A program made the position numbers and the translations under genes. From positions 4,704,001-4,768,000 of the forward strand of contig OY762007.1 in the NCBI GenBank assembly GCA_963665115.1: 64,000 nucleotides of DNA, in the 5' to 3' direction. The notes under the pieces are model-generated. The model was not told where the DNA came from. It searched no databases and saw only the letters and a program-made list of their open reading frames with translations. Below are positions 54,123 to 63,016 of this stretch, piece by piece (within the stretch, counting starts at the first letter, position 1; every line of letters begins with the position of its first letter). The DNA comes from an uncultured Rivularia sp. (GTDB lineage Bacteria; Cyanobacteriota; Cyanobacteriia; Cyanobacteriales; Nostocaceae).

Positions 54123-54896
54123 ATGCATATACTTTTAGAAGAAATTATCGATATATATCAGGAAAAGGCACGTAAAGCTTTATCCAAAGATTTACAAATA
54201 TCTCTTAGTGAAAATATCCAAGTCAATTTTAATCAATTAATAAAGGATGATGAAGAATTATCTAATATAATTAATAATCTTAGCAATAATCTTGTCAAAG
54301 CAGTTATATTTGGTGGATGGGTTAGAGACTATACTTGTAACTATTTACAACAGCAAAATTATAAGCCTCGTGACATTGATATAGTTGTAAATGGCTTAAA
54401 TTTTAATCAACTTCAGAAATTTCTACCATCAAACACGAAAATCAATATCTTTGGTGGTTTTTTAATTGAAACTTCAAAAATTAAAATAGATATTTGGTTA
54501 TTAAAAGATACGTACTTGATTAAACGTTTGAATTTAGATGTAAAGTTTAATCAGCTACCAGAAACAACCGTTTTTCGTATCAATTCTATAATATTTAAGC
54601 CTCAACAATTTTGGTCAAAACCTGACATCTTTGATTTAGGTTGTGTTGATGCTTTAGTAAATAAAGTTATAGATTTTCAGTCTACTTATATTCCACTTCC
54701 AGAAATTCAAGTTGCACGCGCTCTTATATATTCAGCAAAATTTAAATTCTCCTTAAAATTAGAGGTTCATAATTTTATTAGAATGATATGTAATAGTGAT
54801 GTGGAAATTACTAATCAAAAAAACAATCTACTGTTGTACTGTCCTCAGCATCTACGTCAAAATTGTATAACTATGCTTAAAGATATAACTGATTGA
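54123..54896 (+). CDS. Nucleotidyltransferase resembling the CCA-adding enzyme/poly(A) polymerase head domain
   Basis: VIFGGWVRD, PRDIDIVV (DxD), IDIW and FRINSI motifs. Confidence 0.72.
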   Translation: MHILLEEIIDIYQEKARKALSKDLQISLSENIQVNFNQLIKDDEELSNIINNLSNNLVKAVIFGGWVRDYTCNYLQQQNYKPRDIDIVVNGLNFNQLQKFLPSNTKINIFGGFLIETSKIKIDIWLLKDTYLIKRLNLDVKFNQLPETTVFRINSIIFKPQQFWSKPDIFDLGCVDALVNKVIDFQSTYIPLPEIQVARALIYSAKFKFSLKLEVHNFIRMICNSDVEITNQKNNLLLYCPQHLRQNCITMLKDITD

Positions 54897-54929
54897 GAAA
54901 AATATTTTATATTAAACAGGTTATTCAAA

Positions 54930-55925
54930 GTGTTTCGGAAAATATATAAAGGCTTTGATCAAAAACTTTTATTACTAGTACAATTGATTTCGGAATGTAA
55001 TAATTATATATGGATATGTGACCGAAATACATATTGGTTATATTATATATTTCCTAGTATTTGGACTGCGGCGATTCGAGGAGTAAAAATTTGTCTACTC
55101 ACAAATCCTTGTGCGGACAACAAGGAAAACTATAGACGATGGCTTCTCAAACAGATTGGTTGCCATGTATACACTATAGATTCTCTGCCTTTTTATGGTT
55201 TTTTATTTGAACAATATGGGAATACAAAGTTAGCGTTAATAGATGATAATATAAAATTTGATAACAATAGTGTAGAATATACTGAGCGAAAAGTAAGATT
55301 ATATACAGAAAAATTAGATTATTCAGCTATATGTAATTTTTGGAATTTATTAAACTTTTGGCAAATTAAACTTTCTAGTATGCAACGAAAAGAGTTTCTC
55401 TTTGAAACTTGCTCTCAAAAAAAACTTTTTGATAAATTACGTAATGTAGAACAATATCGAAATGCACAATTTTCTATAGAAACGATTGATGTTAGAAATG
55501 TAATGCTTTTACAACATTATATTAAAGAATATAAATTTATTCAAATCAGCCAACTAGTTAATGATTTATATAATGATAATAACTTTGAACTATTTCAACC
55601 TTTGAAACTGACTTTTGAAGACAGTACATATTCAATTATTACGCCACCAATAGTAGAAATAAATTCAAAAAAACTTGTAGTAATTGAAGGAAACACCAGA
55701 TTTTTTTACTGTTTGCAGAAAGAATTATATAAAATTAAAGTTGTAATAGTAAATAATGTTACCGAGCCACTACCCGGTGAAGCATTTTCAATAAGTGATG
55801 TCAATCTTACTTCTCTCACATTACCTTTAGATGTTTTAATTAGTAAATTAAGCCGGAAAAGCTTCCGAAAGATAGAGGAAAAAATTCATATACAAATGTT
55901 ACCTTCAAATTTGATAACTGAGTAA
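54930..55925 (+). CDS. Hypothetical protein; possible PLD-like N-terminal and ParB/Srx-like C-terminal domains
   Basis: AAIRGVKICLL and KLALID in the N-half; TPPIVE...VVIEGNTR in the C-half. Confidence 0.55.
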   Translation: MFRKIYKGFDQKLLLLVQLISECNNYIWICDRNTYWLYYIFPSIWTAAIRGVKICLLTNPCADNKENYRRWLLKQIGCHVYTIDSLPFYGFLFEQYGNTKLALIDDNIKFDNNSVEYTERKVRLYTEKLDYSAICNFWNLLNFWQIKLSSMQRKEFLFETCSQKKLFDKLRNVEQYRNAQFSIETIDVRNVMLLQHYIKEYKFIQISQLVNDLYNDNNFELFQPLKLTFEDSTYSIITPPIVEINSKKLVVIEGNTRFFYCLQKELYKIKVVIVNNVTEPLPGEAFSISDVNLTSLTLPLDVLISKLSRKSFRKIEEKIHIQMLPSNLITE

Positions 55926-56033
55926 GTAGAGATACGATGGGTGTATGGCACAAATAAATATTGCAACTACTAAAAATAAATTAGATTTGATGGCTTACTT
56001 TATAACTGTTCACTGATAACTGTTAACTGTAAA

Positions 56034-56864
56034 ATGCCTCACAGTCTAATCCTCAACCTCACCCCAAAATCCCCCATCTACCCCCAATACCTCACCGGAA
56101 GACACTTACACGCTTTATTCCTCACCCTTGTAAGTTCCGTTGACAAAGAATTAGGAGCCTATTTACACGACTCTCAAGCCGATAAAGCTTTTACGCTTTC
56201 CCCTTTGCAAATAATCAAAAATTCTCCTATTCATAAAGGATATAAATTAAAATCCCAACATCAAGAAATGATTCCGACGGGTACGCCTTGTTGGTGGAGA
56301 ATTTCTTTACTCGATGATGCACTATTTGGCAAGCTAACTCAACTTTGGCTAAACCTTAATCCACAACAGCCTTGGCATTTAGGCTCTGCCGACTTGTATA
56401 TTACCAGCATTCAAGGTACTCCCCAATCTACGCAACCTTGGGCTAATGCTTGCACCTATACACAACTTTACGAACAAGCCAGCGATTCGGAGCGGATTAT
56501 TTCACTTAATTTCGCAACTCCCACGGCTTGGAGACAGGGGAAATACGATAGTACGTTACCGACAAGGGAATCTGTGTTTAAATCTTTGCTTTCTCGGTGG
56601 AATAAATATAGCGGTATTGAGCTTGAAGGAATAAATTTTGATGCAATTTTTCCCAGCTTTATCAACATCCATACCGAAATAGTTCCCGATTCTCGTAGTA
56701 AATTCATCGGTGTTGTTGGTGAAGTTAGCTATCGAATCATGGGTGATGTTGAAGCAGTTCAAATAAAGCAAATTAACGCTTTAGCTGACTTTGCTTTATA
56801 TGCCGGAATTGGTAGAAAAACCACGATGGGAATGGGAATGGGGAGAAGAGTTAGGAGTTTGTAG
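56034..56864 (+). CDS. cas6: CRISPR endoribonuclease Cas6
   Basis: GRHLHALFL, FATPTA and C-terminal glycine-rich YAGIGRKTTMGMG. Confidence 0.95.
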   Translation: MPHSLILNLTPKSPIYPQYLTGRHLHALFLTLVSSVDKELGAYLHDSQADKAFTLSPLQIIKNSPIHKGYKLKSQHQEMIPTGTPCWWRISLLDDALFGKLTQLWLNLNPQQPWHLGSADLYITSIQGTPQSTQPWANACTYTQLYEQASDSERIISLNFATPTAWRQGKYDSTLPTRESVFKSLLSRWNKYSGIELEGINFDAIFPSFINIHTEIVPDSRSKFIGVVGEVSYRIMGDVEAVQIKQINALADFALYAGIGRKTTMGMGMGRRVRSL

Positions 56865-56916
56865 TAAGGGCTTTAGCCCTGTCTTTAAAGAATTGAAGGC
56901 TGAAGCCCTTACTACG
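56861..56916. repeat. REP-like inverted repeat between cas6 and cas4
   Basis: GTAGTAAGGGCTT...AAGCCCTTACTAC. Confidence 0.7.
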
Positions 56917-56950
56917 AACTTTGAATTTTAATCAACATTTAATCAAAAAT

Positions 56951-57541
56951 ATGAACAACACAGATTACATAACTATCGCTTCTTTAAATCAATATTCCTA
57001 TTGTCACCATCGTTGCTGGAGGATGTTTTGTTTGTGTGAGTTTACTGATAATCAATACACTATTGAAGGAACAAGTTTACACGAACGAGTTCACACTGTT
57101 GGTGATGTAAATAAAGAAGATATTTGGCAAGTTCGCGCTATTTGGTTGAAGTCGGAGAAATATAAGTTAATCGGAAAATCAGATTTGATTGAGTTAGAAA
57201 ATGGTGAATGGTATCCGGTGGAATATAAACGAGGAAAAAAAGGTGAATGGGATAATGATGAATTACAAGTTTGCGCTCAAGCTTTGTGTTTGGAGGAAAT
57301 GACGGGAAAAAATATTACTACTGGCTATGTTTATTATGCTCAAACTAATAAACGTCAATTGATAGAAATTAATGATGATTTGAGAAATGAAACTATTGCC
57401 ACGATTGCTGAGGTTACGAAGTTGTTAGAAACCGGAAAAATGCCACCAGCAGTTTATAGCAAACGCTGTAAAGGATGCAGTCTTTATTCACAATGTTTAC
57501 CAATGGCTGTTGATAAAGTGAAACGCTATCAAGAAATTTAA
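56951..57541 (+). CDS. cas4: CRISPR-associated exonuclease Cas4
   Basis: YCHHRC, GKSD, PVEYKRG, QVCAQALCLEEM and CKGCSLYSQC. Confidence 0.95.
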   Translation: MNNTDYITIASLNQYSYCHHRCWRMFCLCEFTDNQYTIEGTSLHERVHTVGDVNKEDIWQVRAIWLKSEKYKLIGKSDLIELENGEWYPVEYKRGKKGEWDNDELQVCAQALCLEEMTGKNITTGYVYYAQTNKRQLIEINDDLRNETIATIAEVTKLLETGKMPPAVYSKRCKGCSLYSQCLPMAVDKVKRYQEI

Positions 57542-57589
57542 TATTTTTTCATTGTTCATTGTTCATTGTTCATTGATAACTGATTAATC

Positions 57590-58594
57590 ATGGGTACAGT
57601 TTACGTTACACAAATGGATTCTTTTGTGGGAAAAGTTGACGAGCGTCTTACCGTTAAATTTGAAAAAAAGAATATTTTAGATGTTCCTTTACTCAAAGTT
57701 GATGGCATCGTTGTTTTAGGACGAGCAACTATATCGCCTGCGGTCGTTTACGAACTATTAGAACGCCATATTCCTCTCACCTTTCTTACAGAAACTGGTC
57801 GTTATTTAGGCAGATTAGAACCAGAAGTTAGTAAAAATCTTTTTCTCCGCAAAGCTCAATGGCAAGCTTCCGATAATTCTCAGTTAGCTGTTGGTGCGGT
57901 ACAAAGTTTTGTCAGAGGTAAACTCAAGAATTACCGCAATATTATGGTTCGTCGTCAAAGGGAATCTGCCGAACTCGATTTATCTAAAAATATTACCCGT
58001 TTAGAAAATGCCATTACACCCATCGATATCACTCAAAATATTGATTCTTTGCGAGGTTTAGAAGGTGCGGGTAGTGCTGCTTACTTCGGTGGTTTTGACC
58101 AAATGATTCGCGCTACAGAGTTTAAATTTACTCGTCGAGTTCGTCGTCCGCCAACAGATCCCGTAAATTCTTTACTTAGTTTTGGCTATTCGCTGCTACG
58201 TCACGATGTCCAAGGTGCAGTAAATATTGTCGGATTCGATCCATATCTAGGATATCTACATTGCGATCGCTATGGAAGACCTTCTTTAGCATTGGATTTG
58301 ATGGAGGAATTTCGCCCTTTGGTTGTGGATGCGATGGTGTTATCTACTTTGAATAAGGAATTGTTGAAACCCGAAGATTTTCAAAGCGAACCCGTAAGCA
58401 ATGCTGTTTCTCTGACTAAAGAAGGACGAAAAACATTTCTCAAACTGTATACCCAGAAGAAACAAACTCGATTTACCCATCCAGTAATGAAACGCAAATG
58501 CAGTTACCAAGAGGCTTTTGAAATTCAAGCCAGATTATTAGGAAAATATCTGATGGGTGAAACCGATAAATATCCACCATTGGTACGTTGGTAA
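57590..58594 (+). CDS. cas1: CRISPR integrase Cas1 (type I-D-like)
   Basis: LRGLEGAGSAAYF, RRPPTDPVNSLLSFGY, GYLH and LDLMEEFRP. Confidence 0.97.
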   Translation: MGTVYVTQMDSFVGKVDERLTVKFEKKNILDVPLLKVDGIVVLGRATISPAVVYELLERHIPLTFLTETGRYLGRLEPEVSKNLFLRKAQWQASDNSQLAVGAVQSFVRGKLKNYRNIMVRRQRESAELDLSKNITRLENAITPIDITQNIDSLRGLEGAGSAAYFGGFDQMIRATEFKFTRRVRRPPTDPVNSLLSFGYSLLRHDVQGAVNIVGFDPYLGYLHCDRYGRPSLALDLMEEFRPLVVDAMVLSTLNKELLKPEDFQSEPVSNAVSLTKEGRKTFLKLYTQKKQTRFTHPVMKRKCSYQEAFEIQARLLGKYLMGETDKYPPLVRW

Positions 58595-58623
58595 TCAAGT
58601 AAAAAAATCATCTCTAACAATCA

Positions 58624-58911
58624 ATGAACGTTGTTGTCAGTTACGATATTTCCGAAGATAAACGCCGCACAAAAATCCATAAGATCCTTAAATCTTACGG
58701 ACAATGGGTACAGTACAGTATTTTTGAATGTCAACTCACCGATACTCAATATGCCAAATTGAGAAGTCGTTTGAATAAGTTAATTAAATCCGACACCGAT
58801 AGCATCCGCTTTTATTTTTTATGTGCCTGCTGTTTTGGTAAAGTGGAACGTATCGGTGGAGAAAAGCCTCGCGATGACAGCATTTTCTTTGCTGAATTCA
58901 CGGATGGGTAG
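58624..58911 (+). CDS. cas2: CRISPR-associated Cas2
   Basis: VVSYDISEDKRR and QYSIFEC. Confidence 0.97.
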   Translation: MNVVVSYDISEDKRRTKIHKILKSYGQWVQYSIFECQLTDTQYAKLRSRLNKLIKSDTDSIRFYFLCACCFGKVERIGGEKPRDDSIFFAEFTDG

Positions 58912-59123
58912 GTGTTGAAAAACAAGACTTAAAAAAAATGGCTGAATCCCAGAGTTGATAAGCCTTTGAGGCTAAAAACATTCCCAACCCATCCGCGATG
59001 CTTACCCACAAAGGATTTCAGCCATTTATTCCCTTCTCATTTTCATTCTCACGTGTTATCATTAATTCATCCGTGAATCCGAACCTTGAAAACCTTATAT
59101 TTAAAGGCTTCCAGATGCCCGCA
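58912..59123 (+). promoter_or_regulatory. CRISPR leader
   Basis: Non-coding region between cas2 and the first repeat, containing ACCTTGAAAAC. Confidence 0.75.
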
Positions 59124-60455
59124 GTTGAAATTCACATTAATCCCTATCAGGGATTGAAACACCAAAAACTTCGGCTTCGGCTAGTATCGTTGCAGTTGAA
59201 ATTCACATTAATCCCTATCAGGGATTGAAACGCAATAGAAGACTTATCCAATTATAAAGCTATAATGTTGAAATTCACATTAATCCCTATCAGGGATTGA
59301 AACGCTTGCAATTGGCTGTGTAGACTGACCGGAAACAAGTTGAAATTCACATTAATCCCTATCAGGGATTGAAACCTGTAGTTGGTCGGTATTGCGCTGG
59401 TTCATGGCATTGTTGAAATTCACATTAATCCCTATCAGGGATTGAAACGTATTCTGGGACATCTCCGGGTTTAACTGGGTCATAGTTGAAATTCACATTA
59501 ATCCCTATCAGGGATTGAAACCCATATTTTATTCCCCGGTTGATAAAGCCAAGCTTGTTGAAATTCACATTAATCCCTATCAGGGATTGAAACACAAAGA
59601 TATCAAATCGTTAATGCGCTATATCGAAGTTGAAATTCACATTAATCCCTATCAGGGATTGAAACTGACTAACAATTTATGGACTTTACAAGAAATACTT
59701 GTTGAAATTCACATTAATCCCTATCAGGGATTGAAACTTTTCATTAATTGATTGTGGTGCAAAATGCAATGAGTTGAAATTCACATTAATCCCTATCAGG
59801 GATTGAAACGAGGAAGATTTGGTGGAAGTTGAGCGGTTGTTTGGTTGAAATTCACATTAATCCCTATCAGGGATTGAAACAGAATCTCCTCCCCAGGAGT
59901 AAAAGTTAAAGGTAGTTGAAATTCACATTAATCCCTATCAGGGATTGAAACAGTATAGTCAAGCTGGGTTAAATGAAATTGAAGCAGAGTTGAAATTCAC
60001 ATTAATCCCTATCAGGGATTGAAACTTAAGCGAAGACGCAAGGGTCAATACCAACAGCAAGTTGAAATTCACATTAATCCCTATCAGGGATTGAAACTTA
60101 AATTATAGGTAGGTATTACAGCTACCTATAATTTGAAAATCACATTAATCCCTATTAGGGATTGAAACTTACAAATGTAAGATGCAGAGGGAAACTTGAA
60201 AGGTTGAAATTCACATTAATCCCTATTAGGGATTGAAACTCAGACATTGCTGAATCAATATTAGAACATCCAGAGTTGAAATTCACATTAATCCCTATTA
60301 GGGATTGAAACTCCTTCTAAAACATCATTTCCTTCTCCTCCTTCTTGTTGAAATTCACATTAATCCCTATCAGGGATTGAAACCAATCATTGATGGAGTG
60401 GCTTTTTGCTAGCTTGTTGTTGAAAATCACAGTAATCCCTATCAGGGATTAAAAC
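59124..60455 (+). CRISPR. CRISPR array: 19 repeats of 37 bp (GTTGAAATTCACATTAATCCCTATCAGGGATTGAAAC) and 18 spacers of 34-37 bp
   Basis: Counted directly: repeats 1-14 and 18 identical, 15-17 TATTAGGG variants, 19 degenerate (trailer end); AATCCCT/AGGGATT hairpin. Confidence 0.98.
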
Positions 60456-61052
60456 CAGAGAAGGCTTACAGTCTGTGGGCGGGCTTGAGTTTATTAACTG
60501 TGTTTTCAGCGAAAATAAGGAAAATGATATAAGGCATTGACATACTTACGAGTGTCACTTTACAATAGGTATTATAAGTAACATCTGTTTTTTTTAAATG
60601 CTCTAATTGTTGTCTTTCGTATAGTAAAGAAGGCTTATCTGCACTAATATTTATATCTGAATGGAACAAACTTAGTACTTGTATAAAAAATATTCATGTA
60701 AAACAAAATACTCTTTAATATAACTATTAAATATTTGTTTATATAAAAGAAAAGCACTATATTCTTATCGTTATAAAGTCAAGTTTTTCGTAAAGATGTT
60801 AAGCACTTTTAACTAATTTCTCATATTTAACTTCTATTTTGCTTATAATCAGAAAGTACATAGAAAATCTATCAGCTTGCAAAGTCTTCTCCTCGTCAAG
60901 AATCTACGAGCAAAGAATATCAACTTGATAGAGTAGATGTATGAGCCAGTTTTGAATAAGTGCTAAGTGTACCTGTTGCCTACCACTTGCTTAATGCTTC
61001 TTGATTATTTTACCTGTACGGCTTAATTAGCATAAAACCTTCTGGAAAATAC

Positions 61053-61517
61053 ATGAGACTGGCAGATACATTTTCAATGAATAAGAATCAAACTTTTGAG
61101 GCACCTTTAGTTTTAGTAGTAGAAGATAATGAAGATAATTTACTACTAATAACTTATATACTTGAATCTTTAGGTTGCAGATTAATTGCTCGTAAAAGTG
61201 GGGGTGAGACAACAGTAATTTTAGCGAAAGAACATCATCCCGATTTGATACTGCTTGATATCGTTTTACCAGAAGTCAGCGGTATTGAAATTTTGAAATC
61301 TTTAAGGAAAGAACCTTTGACTTGTGATGTTCCTGTAATTGCAGTAACAGCTTTAGCCACTGAAGCAAATCGCGAAGATATTATTCGAGCAGGATTTAAT
61401 GATTATATTATTAAACCTTATTTAATTGAAGACTTAGAGGAAATGGTTAAGCCTTATATTAGCGATAAATTAAATTATTCATCGAATATTACCGTAGGGC
61501 AAGATAGTTTTTATTAA
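61053..61517 (+). CDS. Single-domain response regulator
   Basis: LVVEDN, LILLDIVLP, VTA and KPY. Confidence 0.92.
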   Translation: MRLADTFSMNKNQTFEAPLVLVVEDNEDNLLLITYILESLGCRLIARKSGGETTVILAKEHHPDLILLDIVLPEVSGIEILKSLRKEPLTCDVPVIAVTALATEANREDIIRAGFNDYIIKPYLIEDLEEMVKPYISDKLNYSSNITVGQDSFY

Positions 61518-61775
61518 TTAGCTTATTTATAGTCTTAAAGCAAAAGCAACCCTTAAGTAGTGTTAATTATTCTTTCATATTTTTCTTTAAATAACCCGCG
61601 CAGGTAGGTTTTGCCTGTGTAGCCGTGACTTCTAGTCGCAAAGTATGAATAAAATGTTACTTTATTTTCTAATATGCTTGTTGACTAATATTATTCAAAT
61701 TTTTTCTCTTATTCCCTATTCCCTCTTTTCGACTATTTAACGGCGCATACTAGGAACGGAAGAATCATAATTATT

Positions 61776-62888
61776 TTATCCCCGTGGTAGTAAAAAGGTA
61801 AATAAACTACCTTTCCCTAATTCGGAAGAAAATTCGATTTTTCCATGATGTGTTTTTGCAATCCACTTAGATAGATGAAGTCCCAAACCGCTACCAGAAC
61901 GTTTATTCTTACCGGAACGAAAACGCTCAAATATAGTTTTTTGGTCTTCTTGTGCAATGCCATAGCCAGTATCTTCTACGTCTAATTTTACCCAGTCTTG
62001 AGTTTCATCTGTAAATTCTGATAGACGTATTTCAATTTTACCTTCATCGGTAAACTTAATCGCATTTCCAATCAAATTACTAATAACACGTCGCAATTCT
62101 AATCGATCGCCATTGACTGTAGTAACGTCTTCGTTTTCTTGCGAAGAAATAATTTTAAATTCAAGGTTTAAGTCTCTTTCTTGCGCCAACGGACTCAACT
62201 CTTGAACTACTTCCTCAACTACGGAATGCATACTACAGCTTTCAAAATTCATGGTTTTTTTCCCCGCTTCAATGCGCGATACTTCTAGCAGGGTATTTAC
62301 CATTTCCAGTAAATTATTGTTACTGCGAACCATTGCGGCGATCGCCTTTTTCATTTCTGGTGAAATTTTGCAGAATGTTTCTTGTAAAAACAGGTTTAAC
62401 ATTCTATCGGCAGCTACCAAAGGGGTTCGTAAATCGTGGGTTAAACGCGATACAAAGTCTTCACGCTGACGGGCCATTGTTTTCTGCGCGTCGATGCTGT
62501 GCTTAAGACGCAAAAGACTTCGTACTCTTGCAAGTAACTCATCCGTGTCAAAAGGTTTGCGGATAAAATCATCTGCCCCTGCATCTAAACCTTCAACAAC
62601 GCTAGCATCGTCGAAGGCTGTAACTAATAATATTGGAATATAATTATTGTCAGTAATATTACGGATACGACGGGTCACTTCATAGCCATCTATTTCCGGC
62701 ATCATGACATCTAAAAGTATTAAACTCGGTGGTAATTCCTCAACTTCTTTTAGTGCTGATTCACCATCGGTGACTAACTTAACTTCATATCCTTCGCTTT
62801 CTAAAAGTGCCTGTACTAAAAACAGATTGTCAGGTATATCGTCAACTGCTAATATACGGTCTGCCATCTGCGATTCTTCAAGTGACAT
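61776..62888 (-). CDS. Hybrid receiver/histidine kinase
   Basis: AVDD, LLDVMMP, THDLRTPL, NAIKFT, DTGYG and GSGLGL. Confidence 0.93.
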   Translation of the reverse strand: MSLEESQMADRILAVDDIPDNLFLVQALLESEGYEVKLVTDGESALKEVEELPPSLILLDVMMPEIDGYEVTRRIRNITDNNYIPILLVTAFDDASVVEGLDAGADDFIRKPFDTDELLARVRSLLRLKHSIDAQKTMARQREDFVSRLTHDLRTPLVAADRMLNLFLQETFCKISPEMKKAIAAMVRSNNNLLEMVNTLLEVSRIEAGKKTMNFESCSMHSVVEEVVQELSPLAQERDLNLEFKIISSQENEDVTTVNGDRLELRRVISNLIGNAIKFTDEGKIEIRLSEFTDETQDWVKLDVEDTGYGIAQEDQKTIFERFRSGKNKRSGSGLGLHLSKWIAKTHHGKIEFSSELGKGSLFTFLLPRG

Positions 62889-63016
62889 AATAATTTTTAC
62901 AAATACTGACGTTAAAAAAGGTCATAGTTTATTTTTTGATAGACATAGTTAGAAACTAAAATCAAATATTCTTTAAATTAAGATAATTTTTGCTGCTGCT
63001 TTTTAGCATACAGTTT

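Noticed and set aside
53448..56033. Searched by eye for cas3/cas10d remnants or isolated CRISPR repeats (mini-array, CreA-like RNA)
   Set aside because: None recognisable; a sensitive alignment would be needed to exclude highly degenerate copies.
58998..59751. ORFs with repeated VEIHINPYQGLK
   Set aside because: These are translations of the CRISPR leader and repeats, not genes.
60240..60274. Spacer 16 shares ATTGCTGAATC with the WYL gene near 52710
   Set aside because: Only 11 nt match and the flanks differ; consistent with chance.
60698..60711. GTA-N8-TAC possible NtcA site upstream of the response regulator
   Set aside because: A short motif in AT-rich DNA with no correctly spaced -10 box evident.
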